Positions 1 through 8,766 of a stretch of DNA of 27,028 bases are shown piece after piece. The translations under genes and the position numbers were made by a program. Numbering within the stretch: the first letter of the stretch is position 1; the number at the start of each line of letters is the position of its first letter. The notes beneath the pieces were generated by a model, which ran no database searches, was not told the origin of the DNA, and saw only the letters and a program-made list of their open reading frames with translations. Location of the stretch: NCBI GenBank assembly GCA_050015395.1, contig JBEKBM010000031.1:1-27028 (forward strand). The letters are read 5' to 3'. The DNA is from Candidatus Bathyarchaeia archaeon (GTDB lineage: Archaea; Thermoproteota; Bathyarchaeia; Bathyarchaeales; Bathycorpusculaceae).

Positions 1-2
1 TC

Positions 3-272
3 ACTTTCGAACCTAAAATTCAGGTTGACGGCAGCTTCCCCAACAACGAGACAGTAACCGTCAGAATCCGCTTGGAATACGCTGACAACGTAATCTCAAA
101 TGGCGTTACTCAAACCTTTAACAGCAGTGGAGCAGTATGGTTAAGTAACGACCAAATGATGCAACTATATCCCTCGCAAGACATAATTTTAGGCGTTGTG
201 GTTGACGCACAATCAAGCGCCAGCTCATCAAACGCAGTTGTCACAGTTAGCGGCTACGGCACAGACGGATAA
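3..272 (+). CDS. C-terminal part of a hypothetical beta-rich protein, truncated by the window edge
   Basis: Frame is open from base 3 (TFEPKIQVDGSFPNNETVTVRIRLEYAD...GYGTDG*), so the listed TTG at 72 is internal. Ser/Thr/Val/Asn-rich like a surface or structural protein. Confidence 0.65.
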   Translation, partial: TFEPKIQVDGSFPNNETVTVRIRLEYADNVISNGVTQTFNSSGAVWLSNDQMMQLYPSQDIILGVVVDAQSSASSSNAVVTVSGYGTDG

Positions 273-371
273 ATCTCCTTACCTAGAAAGGCTAAGGGGG
301 AGGGGTATACTATTTGCGTTGTCTTTTCAGTAGCAAAAAGAGGAGTTTCCCCATGGGTGTAATAAGGCGTT

Positions 372-1757
372 TTATTGTTCGTTAAGTAATCGTTTGCGGC
401 TGAATATTTTTTCTATCTCTTCTGGCTTAAGCAGTTTCTTTTCCAACGCAATCTCTTTGACTGAGCGGTTCTCTGCCTGAGCCTGTTTTGCGATTTTTGC
501 TGCTTCCAAGTAGCCGATGTATGGTGATAGCAGCGTGGCTAAGGAAGGGTTCTTTTCCAAGTATTGGCTGCATTGTTTCTCGTTAACGGTTATTCCTTTG
601 ACACATTTCTTTGTGAACACTGGAATGAAATTAGTTAGGATTTGTATGGAGAAGAGCATGTTGTACATGATTGCTGGCGTCATGACGTTGAGTTCCAGTT
701 GCCCTGCTTGAACTGCATAGGAAACCGCTAAGTCGTTTCCAACTACTTGGAAGGCGATCATGTCTAAGCATTCAGCCATGACAGGGTTCACTTTTCCAGG
801 CATAATAGATGAGCCAGGCTGCACAGGCGGAAGCGTGATCTCATTTAACCCAGTCGTGGGGCCAGAGGCGAGAAGGCGCAGGTCATTTGCTATCCTGATA
901 AGCTCTAACGCTAACTCTTTAAGACCGCTAGAAACCGTTTGCGCTGCTCTATGGCTTTGGAGCGCTTCGAAACTGTTTGCTGCAGGCTTTAAGGGAAAAC
1001 CAGTCAGCTTTGCCAACTCTGCGATTGCAATACGCTTGTATTCTGGATGCGCATTCGCGCCTGTTCCAACTGCTGTGCCGCCTAAAGCTACAGCATACAG
1101 GTTTTCCTGCCTTTTACGTAGCTCGGCGCAAGCATTAGCGATTGCTGAACCATACGCAGTAAACTCTTGCCCAATCGTTACCGGCACAGCGTCCTGCAAG
1201 TGAGTTCTTCCAGATTTTAACGTGTTAGCGTATTTTTTGCCTAACTCGTTAAAGGCATCCGCCAGCTCATCCAGCGCAGAAAACAACGGCTGCAAAGACA
1301 TGAGAACTGAGACGTGAAGTGCCGTGGGAAACGTGTCGTTAGTGGATTGCCCCATGTTCACGTGGTCGTTCGGGTTCACAGTTTTGTATTCTCCTTTTGC
1401 TTTGCCCAAGATTTCCAGTGCTCTGTTCGCTAAAACCTCGTTAACATTCATGTTAAATGAAGTGCCAGCGCCAGCTTGGAAAACGTCAACTACAAACTGG
1501 TCTAAGAGTTTGCCAGCTAACACTTCGTCACATGCTTGGATAATCGCTTTAGCCGTTTTCTCTTGTAGCCAGCCTACTTGCGCGTTTGCGGTGGCTGCTG
1601 CTTTTTTTATGAGGACATAGGCCCTGATGAATGATAGGGGTGCTTTGACTCCGCTTACGGGAAAATTCTCGGTTGCCCTCAAAGTTTGAATGCCAAAGTA
1701 AGCATCTTTGGGAATTGCTCTCTCGCCTAATGGGTCGATTTCTTTTCGCGTTTCCAT
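372..1757 (-). CDS. aspA: Aspartate ammonia-lyase / class II fumarase family lyase
   Basis: Signature GSSIMPGKVNP, plus GRTHLQDA, STNDTFPTA and QAGAGTSFNMN. aspA versus fumC cannot be fully resolved from motifs. Confidence 0.85.
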   Translation of the reverse strand: METRKEIDPLGERAIPKDAYFGIQTLRATENFPVSGVKAPLSFIRAYVLIKKAAATANAQVGWLQEKTAKAIIQACDEVLAGKLLDQFVVDVFQAGAGTSFNMNVNEVLANRALEILGKAKGEYKTVNPNDHVNMGQSTNDTFPTALHVSVLMSLQPLFSALDELADAFNELGKKYANTLKSGRTHLQDAVPVTIGQEFTAYGSAIANACAELRKRQENLYAVALGGTAVGTGANAHPEYKRIAIAELAKLTGFPLKPAANSFEALQSHRAAQTVSSGLKELALELIRIANDLRLLASGPTTGLNEITLPPVQPGSSIMPGKVNPVMAECLDMIAFQVVGNDLAVSYAVQAGQLELNVMTPAIMYNMLFSIQILTNFIPVFTKKCVKGITVNEKQCSQYLEKNPSLATLLSPYIGYLEAAKIAKQAQAENRSVKEIALEKKLLKPEEIEKIFSRKRLLNEQ

Positions 1758-1890
1758 TTAAATCGGTCTCCTACCTGCTTTCAGGATGAAGTTCTTGAAT
1801 TAATTTTTCTTAGCCTATAGTATTGTTTCAGTGCCTTTAATGTTCTTTGGACAGACCATTGTGCAGAGGTTGCTGGTTGCCAAAAAAAAT

Positions 1891-2697
1891 TTAGATTTCG
1901 AATTTTTCGATTATTTTATTTTCCTTTTCGCCTGTGATTTCAGCGATTACATGGAAGAATTGTTCGAGTCCTGAATTGATGATTCTTGGTTTTAGTAGCT
2001 CGTCGATTTGGAATACTCCTGCTGAGTTTGACATTTTTATTTTTATGACGATTGGTTTGCCTGTTTCCGCTAACTCTACTTCTACCTTTTCTATGGATAG
2101 GGCTGATACGGCATGGATGTCCACCTTTCCAGCCTGGAAGGGGATTCGGGCTCTTCCTGCTTCCATGTCCAATGCGTCAGCTATGCCGACTATGCCTGCT
2201 TCTTTGGTTAATATCCTGCTGTGTGGTGGTTCGTTGCTGCCTGGTTCTTCATGGGTTACGATTGCGTGGAGGACTTCCGAGGTCATTATTGCTATTTGTT
2301 CTTCATTGTAGGTTGGCGGTAAACATCTCTCTAAAAATTCTAACGCTAAAAATGCACTGTATTTTTCATGGTTGTACCTTTGGACGATCATGCCTAAATC
2401 GTGGAAGATTGCGCCTAAAACAACAACAACTTCAGCATCATCATTTTGCATCCCATAATTTTCCACTATGCTCGGTGTTATGAGTTTTTTCTCGACAAGA
2501 ATCCGCAGAAGTTTCAACCCAAGATTCGCGACAATTTTAACGTGCGTTGGACCATGGTCAGTGTAGCCCATGCGCTCTATCGCCATGACGTTGGCGCATT
2601 TCCAATAGGTTTGCAGTTTCTTATCTTCTTTTATTCTTTCCATAACCTGCTTTAGTTTAGCGTTATTTCGGTATGGGATGTTAAAGTGATAGGACAC
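1891..2697 (-). CDS. HD-domain metal-dependent phosphohydrolase (COG3294-like)
   Basis: DHGPTH...FHDLG...H...ADALD HD-superfamily motifs, and the GRARIPF/DIHAVSA family motifs. Confidence 0.85.
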   Translation of the reverse strand: MSYHFNIPYRNNAKLKQVMERIKEDKKLQTYWKCANVMAIERMGYTDHGPTHVKIVANLGLKLLRILVEKKLITPSIVENYGMQNDDAEVVVVLGAIFHDLGMIVQRYNHEKYSAFLALEFLERCLPPTYNEEQIAIMTSEVLHAIVTHEEPGSNEPPHSRILTKEAGIVGIADALDMEAGRARIPFQAGKVDIHAVSALSIEKVEVELAETGKPIVIKIKMSNSAGVFQIDELLKPRIINSGLEQFFHVIAEITGEKENKIIEKFEI

Positions 2698-2919
2698 TTG
2701 AGGTTGCTCCGTATAATTGATTATTCTAGGGTAGAGATTTAAGCTTACATTAAAGCTTCTTGGATTATCTGCTCGAAAAAAAATAATAGCTTTCTTATTT
2801 AAGAGTTAGCAGTTTAGTTGGCGTTTGTTGTTTGACATCAAAGTTTATTTTTTCTCGATTATATGAACACGCTTTTAAGCAAGCTAAACATATTTTTTCA
2901 AGTCAAATGAGGTTTACGT

Positions 2920-3225
2920 TTGGGAAAGAAAAAAGTGTTAAGCGAAGGCGCAATCGGCGAGTTAGTTTATCCTAGAGAAGGCGAAGTTTTAGGTGTAGTT
3001 GTGAAACTGCTTGGTTTTGACCGAATTATGGTTAAGTGTCAGGATGGCGCTGAACGTTTATGCCGAATCCGAGGCAAAATGAAAAGGCGAGTGTGGATTC
3101 GTGAAGGCGACATTGTTATTGTTTCACCTTGGGAGTTTCAAACTGACAAGCGCGGCGACGTTGTCTGGCGTTACACGCATTCGCAAGCTGATACGCTACG
3201 GCGCAAGGGCATTTTAACCCTTTAA
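2920..3225 (+). CDS. eif1a: Archaeal translation initiation factor aIF-1A
   Basis: CRIRGKMKRRVWIREGDIVIVSPWEFQ and RGDVVWRY motifs. Conserved synteny with rio1 and dim2. Confidence 0.95.
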   Translation: MGKKKVLSEGAIGELVYPREGEVLGVVVKLLGFDRIMVKCQDGAERLCRIRGKMKRRVWIREGDIVIVSPWEFQTDKRGDVVWRYTHSQADTLRRKGILTL

Positions 3226-3273
3226 CATTTTCGCTTTTAAACCAAAATTTGTAAAGATTACCTTTTAAACGGA

Positions 3274-3302
3274 GTATCCATATTATGGATACATTGGATA
3301 CA
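3274..3302. promoter_or_regulatory. Perfect palindrome, putative operator, with an extra half-site
   Basis: GTATCCATA-T-TATGGATAC (3274-3292) followed by a third TGGATACA half-site, in the eif1a-rio1 gap. Confidence 0.4.
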
Positions 3303-3351
3303 TGTAAGAACATTTTTTCGCAATCATAAATGCCTTCAGGGCTTTCTCGTC

Positions 3352-3417
3352 TTATACAGCGCCATCCAGAAGCCATCTGCCGAGCGGTTCGTGGGTGGCG
3401 GTCCTTGGTATTGTCAT
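3352..3417. other. GC-rich intergenic hairpin: candidate small RNA or 21-aa minus-strand ORF
   Basis: CGCCATCCA (3360-3368) pairs with TGGGTGGCG (3392-3400), with an inner GAA-G-CC/GGTTC stem. The minus strand reads ATG(3417)...TAA(3352), MTIPRTATHEPLGRWLLDGAV. Confidence 0.3.
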
Positions 3418-3505
3418 AATAAAAGAAAATATATAAAAATTTTTATTACGTTTAAATAATTATTAAGCTTCGAGTGGTTTTAATATCCTGAAGCAGTTAA
3501 CTTGG

Positions 3506-4297
3506 TTGGATATCATGTCTAAGAAAGCTCAAGAACGCCTTGCGCATACCGAAAGAAGAGTGGAGCGAAGAGACAAAATGCTAACACACGACATGACAAA
3601 GGAGCGTGCCACCGTGGAGGAGGTTTTTGACCAAACCACGCGCATGGTTGTTTTTGACATGTTGAATAGCGGTGTGCTCTATGAGCTCAATGGGGTTGTT
3701 AGTTCAGGCAAGGAAGCACGGGTTTACTGGGGTACAGACAAGGAAGGCAAGGATTTAGCAGTAAAAATTTACTTAACTTCTTCTGCTGAGTTCAAGAAGG
3801 GTATGCTCAAATACATTGAAGGCGATCCACGCTTCAAAAACGTTAAACGTGATACGCGGTCGCTTATCGCCGTCTGGGCGCAGAAAGAGTTTCGCAATTT
3901 AAAAGAAGCTACAGACGCAAAGGTTCCTGTTCCCAAACCCATAGCCGTCAAAAGCAACGTGGTAGTCATGGAGTTCATCGGGAAGGACGGCGTTAGCGCG
4001 CCATCGCTGAAAGAGCAGCCGCCAGCCAATCCAGAGCGAACCTACCGCTTACTAGTCACTTATGTGAAGCGTCTCTACCAAAAAGCCAAACTCGTACATG
4101 GTGACTTAAGCGAATACAATATTATGATGTGGAAGGGCAAGATAGTGATTTTTGACATGTCCCAGTCAGTTTCAATTCAGCATCCGATGGCTGACTTCAT
4201 GTTGACAAGGGATTTAACGAATTTGAATAGGTTCTTTAGTCGGTTAAATGTAAAGGTTTATTCTGTTGAAGAATTTCATAAAATGGTTGTTGGTTAA
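3506..4297 (+). CDS. rio1: RIO1 family atypical Ser/Thr kinase (ATG at 3515 is an alternative start)
   Basis: SSGKEARVY, AVKIY, VMEFIG, LVHGDLSEYNI and FDMSQSV motifs. Confidence 0.95.
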   Translation: MDIMSKKAQERLAHTERRVERRDKMLTHDMTKERATVEEVFDQTTRMVVFDMLNSGVLYELNGVVSSGKEARVYWGTDKEGKDLAVKIYLTSSAEFKKGMLKYIEGDPRFKNVKRDTRSLIAVWAQKEFRNLKEATDAKVPVPKPIAVKSNVVVMEFIGKDGVSAPSLKEQPPANPERTYRLLVTYVKRLYQKAKLVHGDLSEYNIMMWKGKIVIFDMSQSVSIQHPMADFMLTRDLTNLNRFFSRLNVKVYSVEEFHKMVVG

Positions 4298-4299
4298 AA

Positions 4300-4878
4300 A
4301 TGGCTGGTCTAGACACGTTTGTTAGAATTCCGAAAGAACGAGTTGGAATACTTATTGGTCCTGAAGGCAAAGTTAAGCAGTATATTGAAGAGAAGCTTCA
4401 GGTTAAGCTTGACGTTGACAGCGAAGGAAGCATCACCCTTACGCTATCAGAAAAAGCAGCTGACCCATCCATGCTTTTAAAAGCTAAAGATGTTGTAACA
4501 GCCATCGGCAGAGGATTCTCGCCTGAAGTAACATTCCGCCTCATTCGGAACGAGGATGAAATCTTTGACTTGATAGATTTGCGCGTGATTTTTGGGCGTT
4601 CGGAATCTGACATTAAACGGATAAAAGGCAGAATAATCGGCGCAGAGGGCAAAACAAGAAAGCTAATTGAAGAGTTAACTGAGGCTGACGTGGTTGTTTA
4701 CGGTCACACTGTTGGGCTTATCGGCAGTTTTGAGCAAGTGGATGCCGCACACAACGCCGTGCAAATGATTATTGAGGGATGCCAGCACCACACAGTGTAC
4801 AATTATTTGCAGAAGAAGAGGACGGAGCTTAAGAAACAGAAGCTTGAGCTGTGGGAGAAGCCGCCAGAAAAAAGATAA
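4300..4878 (+). CDS. dim2: KH-domain pre-rRNA processing protein Dim2/Pno1
   Basis: Two KH GxxG loops (IGPEG, IGAEG), AIGRGFSPE and HHTVYNYL. Follows rio1. Confidence 0.92.
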   Translation: MAGLDTFVRIPKERVGILIGPEGKVKQYIEEKLQVKLDVDSEGSITLTLSEKAADPSMLLKAKDVVTAIGRGFSPEVTFRLIRNEDEIFDLIDLRVIFGRSESDIKRIKGRIIGAEGKTRKLIEELTEADVVVYGHTVGLIGSFEQVDAAHNAVQMIIEGCQHHTVYNYLQKKRTELKKQKLELWEKPPEKR

Positions 4879-4896
4879 TTTTTCTATTAATTATTA

Positions 4897-4922
4897 GGTG
4901 GGCTTTTACGCCATTAGCGCAC
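4897..4922 (+). repeat. Direct repeat copy 1 (GGTGGGCTYTYACGCCAT..TAGYGCRC)
   Basis: GGTGGGCTTTTACGCCAT-TAGCGCAC. Matches 7792-7819 at 16/18 in the core. Confidence 0.55.
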
Positions 4923-5023
4923 TAATTTGAGGCGCAAACGGCTTTTCGCACTCTGATAGTTATTTTAGAACTGAGATTAAAGATCATTTAATTGAATACC
5001 GTAAGGCTGTTTCCCATTTACAA

Positions 5024-5218
5024 GTGTTTGAGCGGGATTCTAAGAAACTTGGTAAATTAGAGAATGAAGTTGAAAGATTGAAGAAACAGAACTTTGATCT
5101 CCAATATACCTTGAATAAAATCATCAGTCACTTTAACCTCAATATCAAAAACCCTGAAGCAATAGCTAAAGATCTCACAGAAAAGTATGAAAATTCAGAG
5201 GAAGAACCAGAGGAATAA
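5024..5218 (+). CDS. Small hypothetical coiled-coil protein
   Basis: 64-aa ORF with heptad pattern (LENEVERLKKQNFDLQYTL) and an acidic tail. Confidence 0.55.
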   Translation: MFERDSKKLGKLENEVERLKKQNFDLQYTLNKIISHFNLNIKNPEAIAKDLTEKYENSEEEPEE

Positions 5219-5290
5219 AAGAATGCAGAAAAGCAAAAGAACAAGCTATAAAACTATCATAGGGATTAGCAACTTCCTTTCTTAATTACA

Positions 5291-5325
5291 CTACTTTCAA
5301 AGCATAGTTTCAAACTACTTTCAAA
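5291..5325. repeat. Three phased TTTCAAA units (CTACTTTCAAA twice)
   Basis: CTACTTTCAAA-GCATAGTTTCAAA-CTACTTTCAAA. Confidence 0.55.
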
Positions 5326-5509
5326 CTGCCTCTTTTCATGGTAAACCTGACTGCATACCCACTTGTACACAATTTGTTAACATTCCGTAGACATCCACGG
5401 TAGCTTCTCAATCACTTTAAACCCTACCTTCCCGACCTTCTTTTCTGCCTCTCACAGAGGTTGCAGCACTCAAAAACAGGCATGCATAAGGAAAAAACAA
5501 GCGCGCAAA

Positions 5510-5553
5510 GCCTTCTCACACACTTCTCAGAGACTTTACAGAGACTTCTCACA
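5510..5553. repeat. 4 x 11-bp tandem repeat, iteron-like
   Basis: GCCTTCTCACA|CACTTCTCAGA|GACTTTACAGA|GACTTCTCACA. Confidence 0.65.
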
Positions 5554-6033
5554 CTCAAAACAGCCAAAAAAAAACAGCCAAAAACCTGTAAATGAGGTCG
5601 CGCAACACATTCTAGCCTGAACAAGACCATCCAAAACAGCACTCAACACCACTTGAAAAGCCTTATCACCGCTAGAAATCGCACTTAATACCCCTCAAAA
5701 TAGCCTTGAAATATCTTAGCACCTAATATTTCAGCAAAATTCACTGCAAAATCACTTTACCTCAGCGTTTTCTAGCTCTCAATTCCCATTACTTGGGATT
5801 TTTCTTGCACACCGCGCTCAAATCACTAAAAATAACCTTAAAAGCCTTAACATTACTTTGTATTTTCGCAGTAACAAAGCAAGCAAGGTCTACGCAAAAA
5901 TTCTTAAACAATTCCGACTAATGCTTTAATTCGAAGGTGTTTCAAAAGCAGAACTTTAGAAAGGTTTTAAAAAGAAATCGAATCCTGAGGTATCTATTCG
6001 TAAAAGGTCTATAGAAAAGAGGGGGAAAATCCT

Positions 6034-7758
6034 GTGGGTGAAAAGAAAGTTGTAAGCAGAAAAGTTGCTTTTGGAATCGGATTGTTATGCATCGCGCTAT
6101 TAATTATCATTGGTGGAGTAGTGGCCAATTACACATCAGCGCTAAACGATAAAGATACCCAAATAGCCATGTTGCAAAATCAAAATGCAAACCTTCAGAG
6201 GCAAGTGTTGTCTGACAACTTGACAATTAGTTCTGATAACTCGACAATTAGTTCATTGAACACCGAAATTTCAAGCCTGCAAACCCAAGTTAAATCCGAA
6301 AACTCGACAGTCGCACTGCTTCAAAATGATTTTTCATCTTACGGCTTCACTGTATCAAGTCTTCAGAACCAAACAGCATCAGATAACTCAGAAATTAATT
6401 CATTGAAAACTGAAATAACAAGCCTGAACACTGAAATAGCAAGCCTGCAAACCCAAATTTCTTCGCTAGAGACAGAAGCTTTAGAGCGCGCGCTTAACGG
6501 ATTTACCGTAATTCAGATTACGGACACTCAATATTTGAGTGATTCTAACCCAGACTTATTTAATGGGTTAACCAGTTGGATAGTGAATAATAGTGGCGCT
6601 TTGAATCTGACGATGGTTATTCACACAGGTGATATTGTACAGGTTGCCAATTCTACGGTTGATTGGAGCAACGCTAACTATGCCATGATGCAGCTTTACA
6701 ATAATGGTGTTCCTTACTGTTGGAATGCTGGAAACCACGACCAACTTAACAACACAAACGAAGCTGGCGGTGGAAACCCTAACGGCTCATGGTTGGGAGA
6801 AAACTACCCTGCTTTTAACGTCACAGCTATGAGGCAACAGCCTTACTGGGTAGGGGACATTAGCGACGGCAAAAACACAGCTGTACAATTTACTTACGAC
6901 AATTACCACTTTATGATTATTAACATCGAATATGATGCTAACTCAACCGTTTTAGGTTGGATGCAGACGCTTCTTAAATGTAATCCAAACGTAAACGTGA
7001 TTGTGGCAACGCATAATTTTCTTAACGGAAATGGCACGTATGGCGGTAATAAGAATCCGAACGACGTTACGTGGGCTACCAACTTTGAAAACTTACTAAA
7101 TAACTATCCTAACGTGTTTATGACGCTAAATGGGCACGATGCTAATGATGGAGGTTCAGCATACAACAAAAGAGTAGGGAACAGAGAAGAAATCTTCTTC
7201 AACATGCAAGACAATGACAGCAACCAGGGTGCGGCGACCGCGCGAATTTACGCTTTCAACATGAGCAAACCCGCAAACCCAGTTGTAACTGCTTACACCT
7301 ATCAGACCTATGGAACACCGCAATACCTAACTGACCCAGAGGATCAATTCAGTTTTTCAACGAACCTTACTCCTTATTCATCCTCAACCGTCAGCATTGC
7401 GGCTAACACTACTTTTTGGGGAGCAAACGACCACAGTGTAAGCTTCAACAATTCAACAACCCTGAACGGTTTCAGCCAGTACGGTGACGCGCTTACTTTT
7501 AACAATTTGACTTTGAACGGAGTAACTTCAAACTTTACAGTAACTGCAATCGACGCAAATATAGTGATAAGCAGCTATAACTCGAACAGTAGCATAAACT
7601 ACGCAGTTAGCGGGAGCGGAAACCAAACCTTTTCTGTGAACAAGTCACCTGCATCAGTGGACATTGACGGCATTCCAGCTTCCACTGGCTGGAGCTACTC
7701 GAATGGAGAAATCATGGTCACTGGCGCTACCTCTTCGGTAGTTATAAACTTCTCGTAG
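6034..7758 (+). CDS. Membrane-anchored extracellular calcineurin-like metallophosphoesterase with coiled-coil stalk
   Basis: N-terminal TM helix; repeated SLNTEIxSLQTQ coiled coil; ITDTQ, HTGDIV, GNHD, ATH and NGHD motifs; many NxS/T sequons; beta-rich C-terminal domain. Confidence 0.85.
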   Translation: MGEKKVVSRKVAFGIGLLCIALLIIIGGVVANYTSALNDKDTQIAMLQNQNANLQRQVLSDNLTISSDNSTISSLNTEISSLQTQVKSENSTVALLQNDFSSYGFTVSSLQNQTASDNSEINSLKTEITSLNTEIASLQTQISSLETEALERALNGFTVIQITDTQYLSDSNPDLFNGLTSWIVNNSGALNLTMVIHTGDIVQVANSTVDWSNANYAMMQLYNNGVPYCWNAGNHDQLNNTNEAGGGNPNGSWLGENYPAFNVTAMRQQPYWVGDISDGKNTAVQFTYDNYHFMIINIEYDANSTVLGWMQTLLKCNPNVNVIVATHNFLNGNGTYGGNKNPNDVTWATNFENLLNNYPNVFMTLNGHDANDGGSAYNKRVGNREEIFFNMQDNDSNQGAATARIYAFNMSKPANPVVTAYTYQTYGTPQYLTDPEDQFSFSTNLTPYSSSTVSIAANTTFWGANDHSVSFNNSTTLNGFSQYGDALTFNNLTLNGVTSNFTVTAIDANIVISSYNSNSSINYAVSGSGNQTFSVNKSPASVDIDGIPASTGWSYSNGEIMVTGATSSVVINFS

Positions 7759-7791
7759 AATTAGCGCGAGGGTATGGGTAGTGTTAAACGC

Positions 7792-7819
7792 GGTGGGCTC
7801 TCACGCCATGTTAGTGCGC
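7792..7819 (+). repeat. Direct repeat copy 2 of the 4897 element
   Basis: GGTGGGCTCTCACGCCAT-GT-TAGTGCGC. Confidence 0.55.
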
Positions 7820-8197
7820 CGCGCGCGCTATAGAAATCAGTAATAGTAATATCAGAGAGATTTTAGGTCACCTTATTGATGAACTTGCAGAGAAGCGTTT
7901 AATGTACGGAATAGCCATGAAAAAAGAACCTGAAGAATGGTGAGTTTCAGATAAAAGAAGTTTCTTTCTATTCTGCAAAGCACATTAATGAGGTTACTAC
8001 GTACATGAAAGAATTCAATTGTGTGAGCAGGCTCTTAGAAGGCAAATACGAACTTTATTAATATCATTTTTGCCTTCGCACACTCAAGATCCTCATCATC
8101 CACTATGTCTTCGGGGCCAGAGTCGTCATTGCCCACCCGAAACAAAAAACAGCCTAATAGGTTCTTAAGGTTTGTGACCTTTTCGCTGGGACAGGAG

Positions 8198-8386
8198 TTA
8201 TTTTCGTTTTGCAGAGTACAGACTAAGAAGTACAATTCCTGCAACAATTAGAATGGCAGGATACGCCACATAAAGGAAAACATGAAAAAATCCAAATGCA
8301 ACAATAAACAACAATATAAGAAGACCCGCGATTAAGAAAACGGTTCCTTCAATTAGCCAATCTGTGTGCCTACCAATACGATGCAT
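8198..8386 (-). CDS. Small hypothetical membrane protein (2 TM)
   Basis: 62 aa, two hydrophobic helices, basic C-terminus, GGGAG upstream of the ATG. Confidence 0.55.
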   Translation of the reverse strand: MHRIGRHTDWLIEGTVFLIAGLLILLFIVAFGFFHVFLYVAYPAILIVAGIVLLSLYSAKRK

Positions 8387-8656
8387 AGCTCCCTTATGTT
8401 TTGGAGCAAAATAAAATTTTATGGAAAAAGTTTCCGTGTTAATGATAAATACACCACAACAAACTTAACAGTATGCCTCCAGTAGTTCCGAAAGTGTCTG
8501 GTGCTTGCTTGGGTATAACTTTTTTTACTTGCTAAGCATAGTTGCAAGCCAGTTTAAGGCTGCTTGAAAGCCTTCAACGACGCCTAAGAGTGTTCACCCG
8601 CAGAAGCCTGAGCAATCCAAGCCAAGAAACCACTCAAACTTTACTGCCAGCCCAAC

Positions 8657-8715
8657 TGTACCGTCAAAATGTACCGTCAAAACGTATATAACTACACCTA
8701 CCTGGTAGGTAGTAG
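8657..8715. repeat. 13-bp perfect tandem repeat plus 15-bp palindrome
   Basis: TGTACCGTCAAAA x2 (8657-8682), then TATATAA, then ACCTACC-T-GGTAGGT (8696-8710) extended by CTAC/GTAG. Confidence 0.65.
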
Positions 8716-8766
8716 AGCACACAAAGCTAACCCACTTACGGATCTACTGGTATAAGGCCAAGTTAT

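Noticed and set aside
282-310. G-rich CTAG...GGGGGAGGGG as a fifth copy of the dispersed element
   Set aside because: Lacks TAGACC and the 11-bp units.
517-2655. Plus-strand ORFs opposite aspA and the HD hydrolase, and similar shadow ORFs across the window
   Set aside because: Antisense or alternate-frame shadows of well-supported genes, with no motifs.
5424-5642. 72-aa minus-strand ORF
   Set aside because: Cys/Leu/Val-rich translation of the skewed repeat region.
7845-8247. Short ORF fragments (NIREILGHLIDEL..., and the 70-aa minus-strand ORF)
   Set aside because: No credible start or motif. Possibly gene debris.
8473-8560. HicA-like start MPPVVPKVSG
   Set aside because: Similarity is limited to a few residues and there is no GSH motif.
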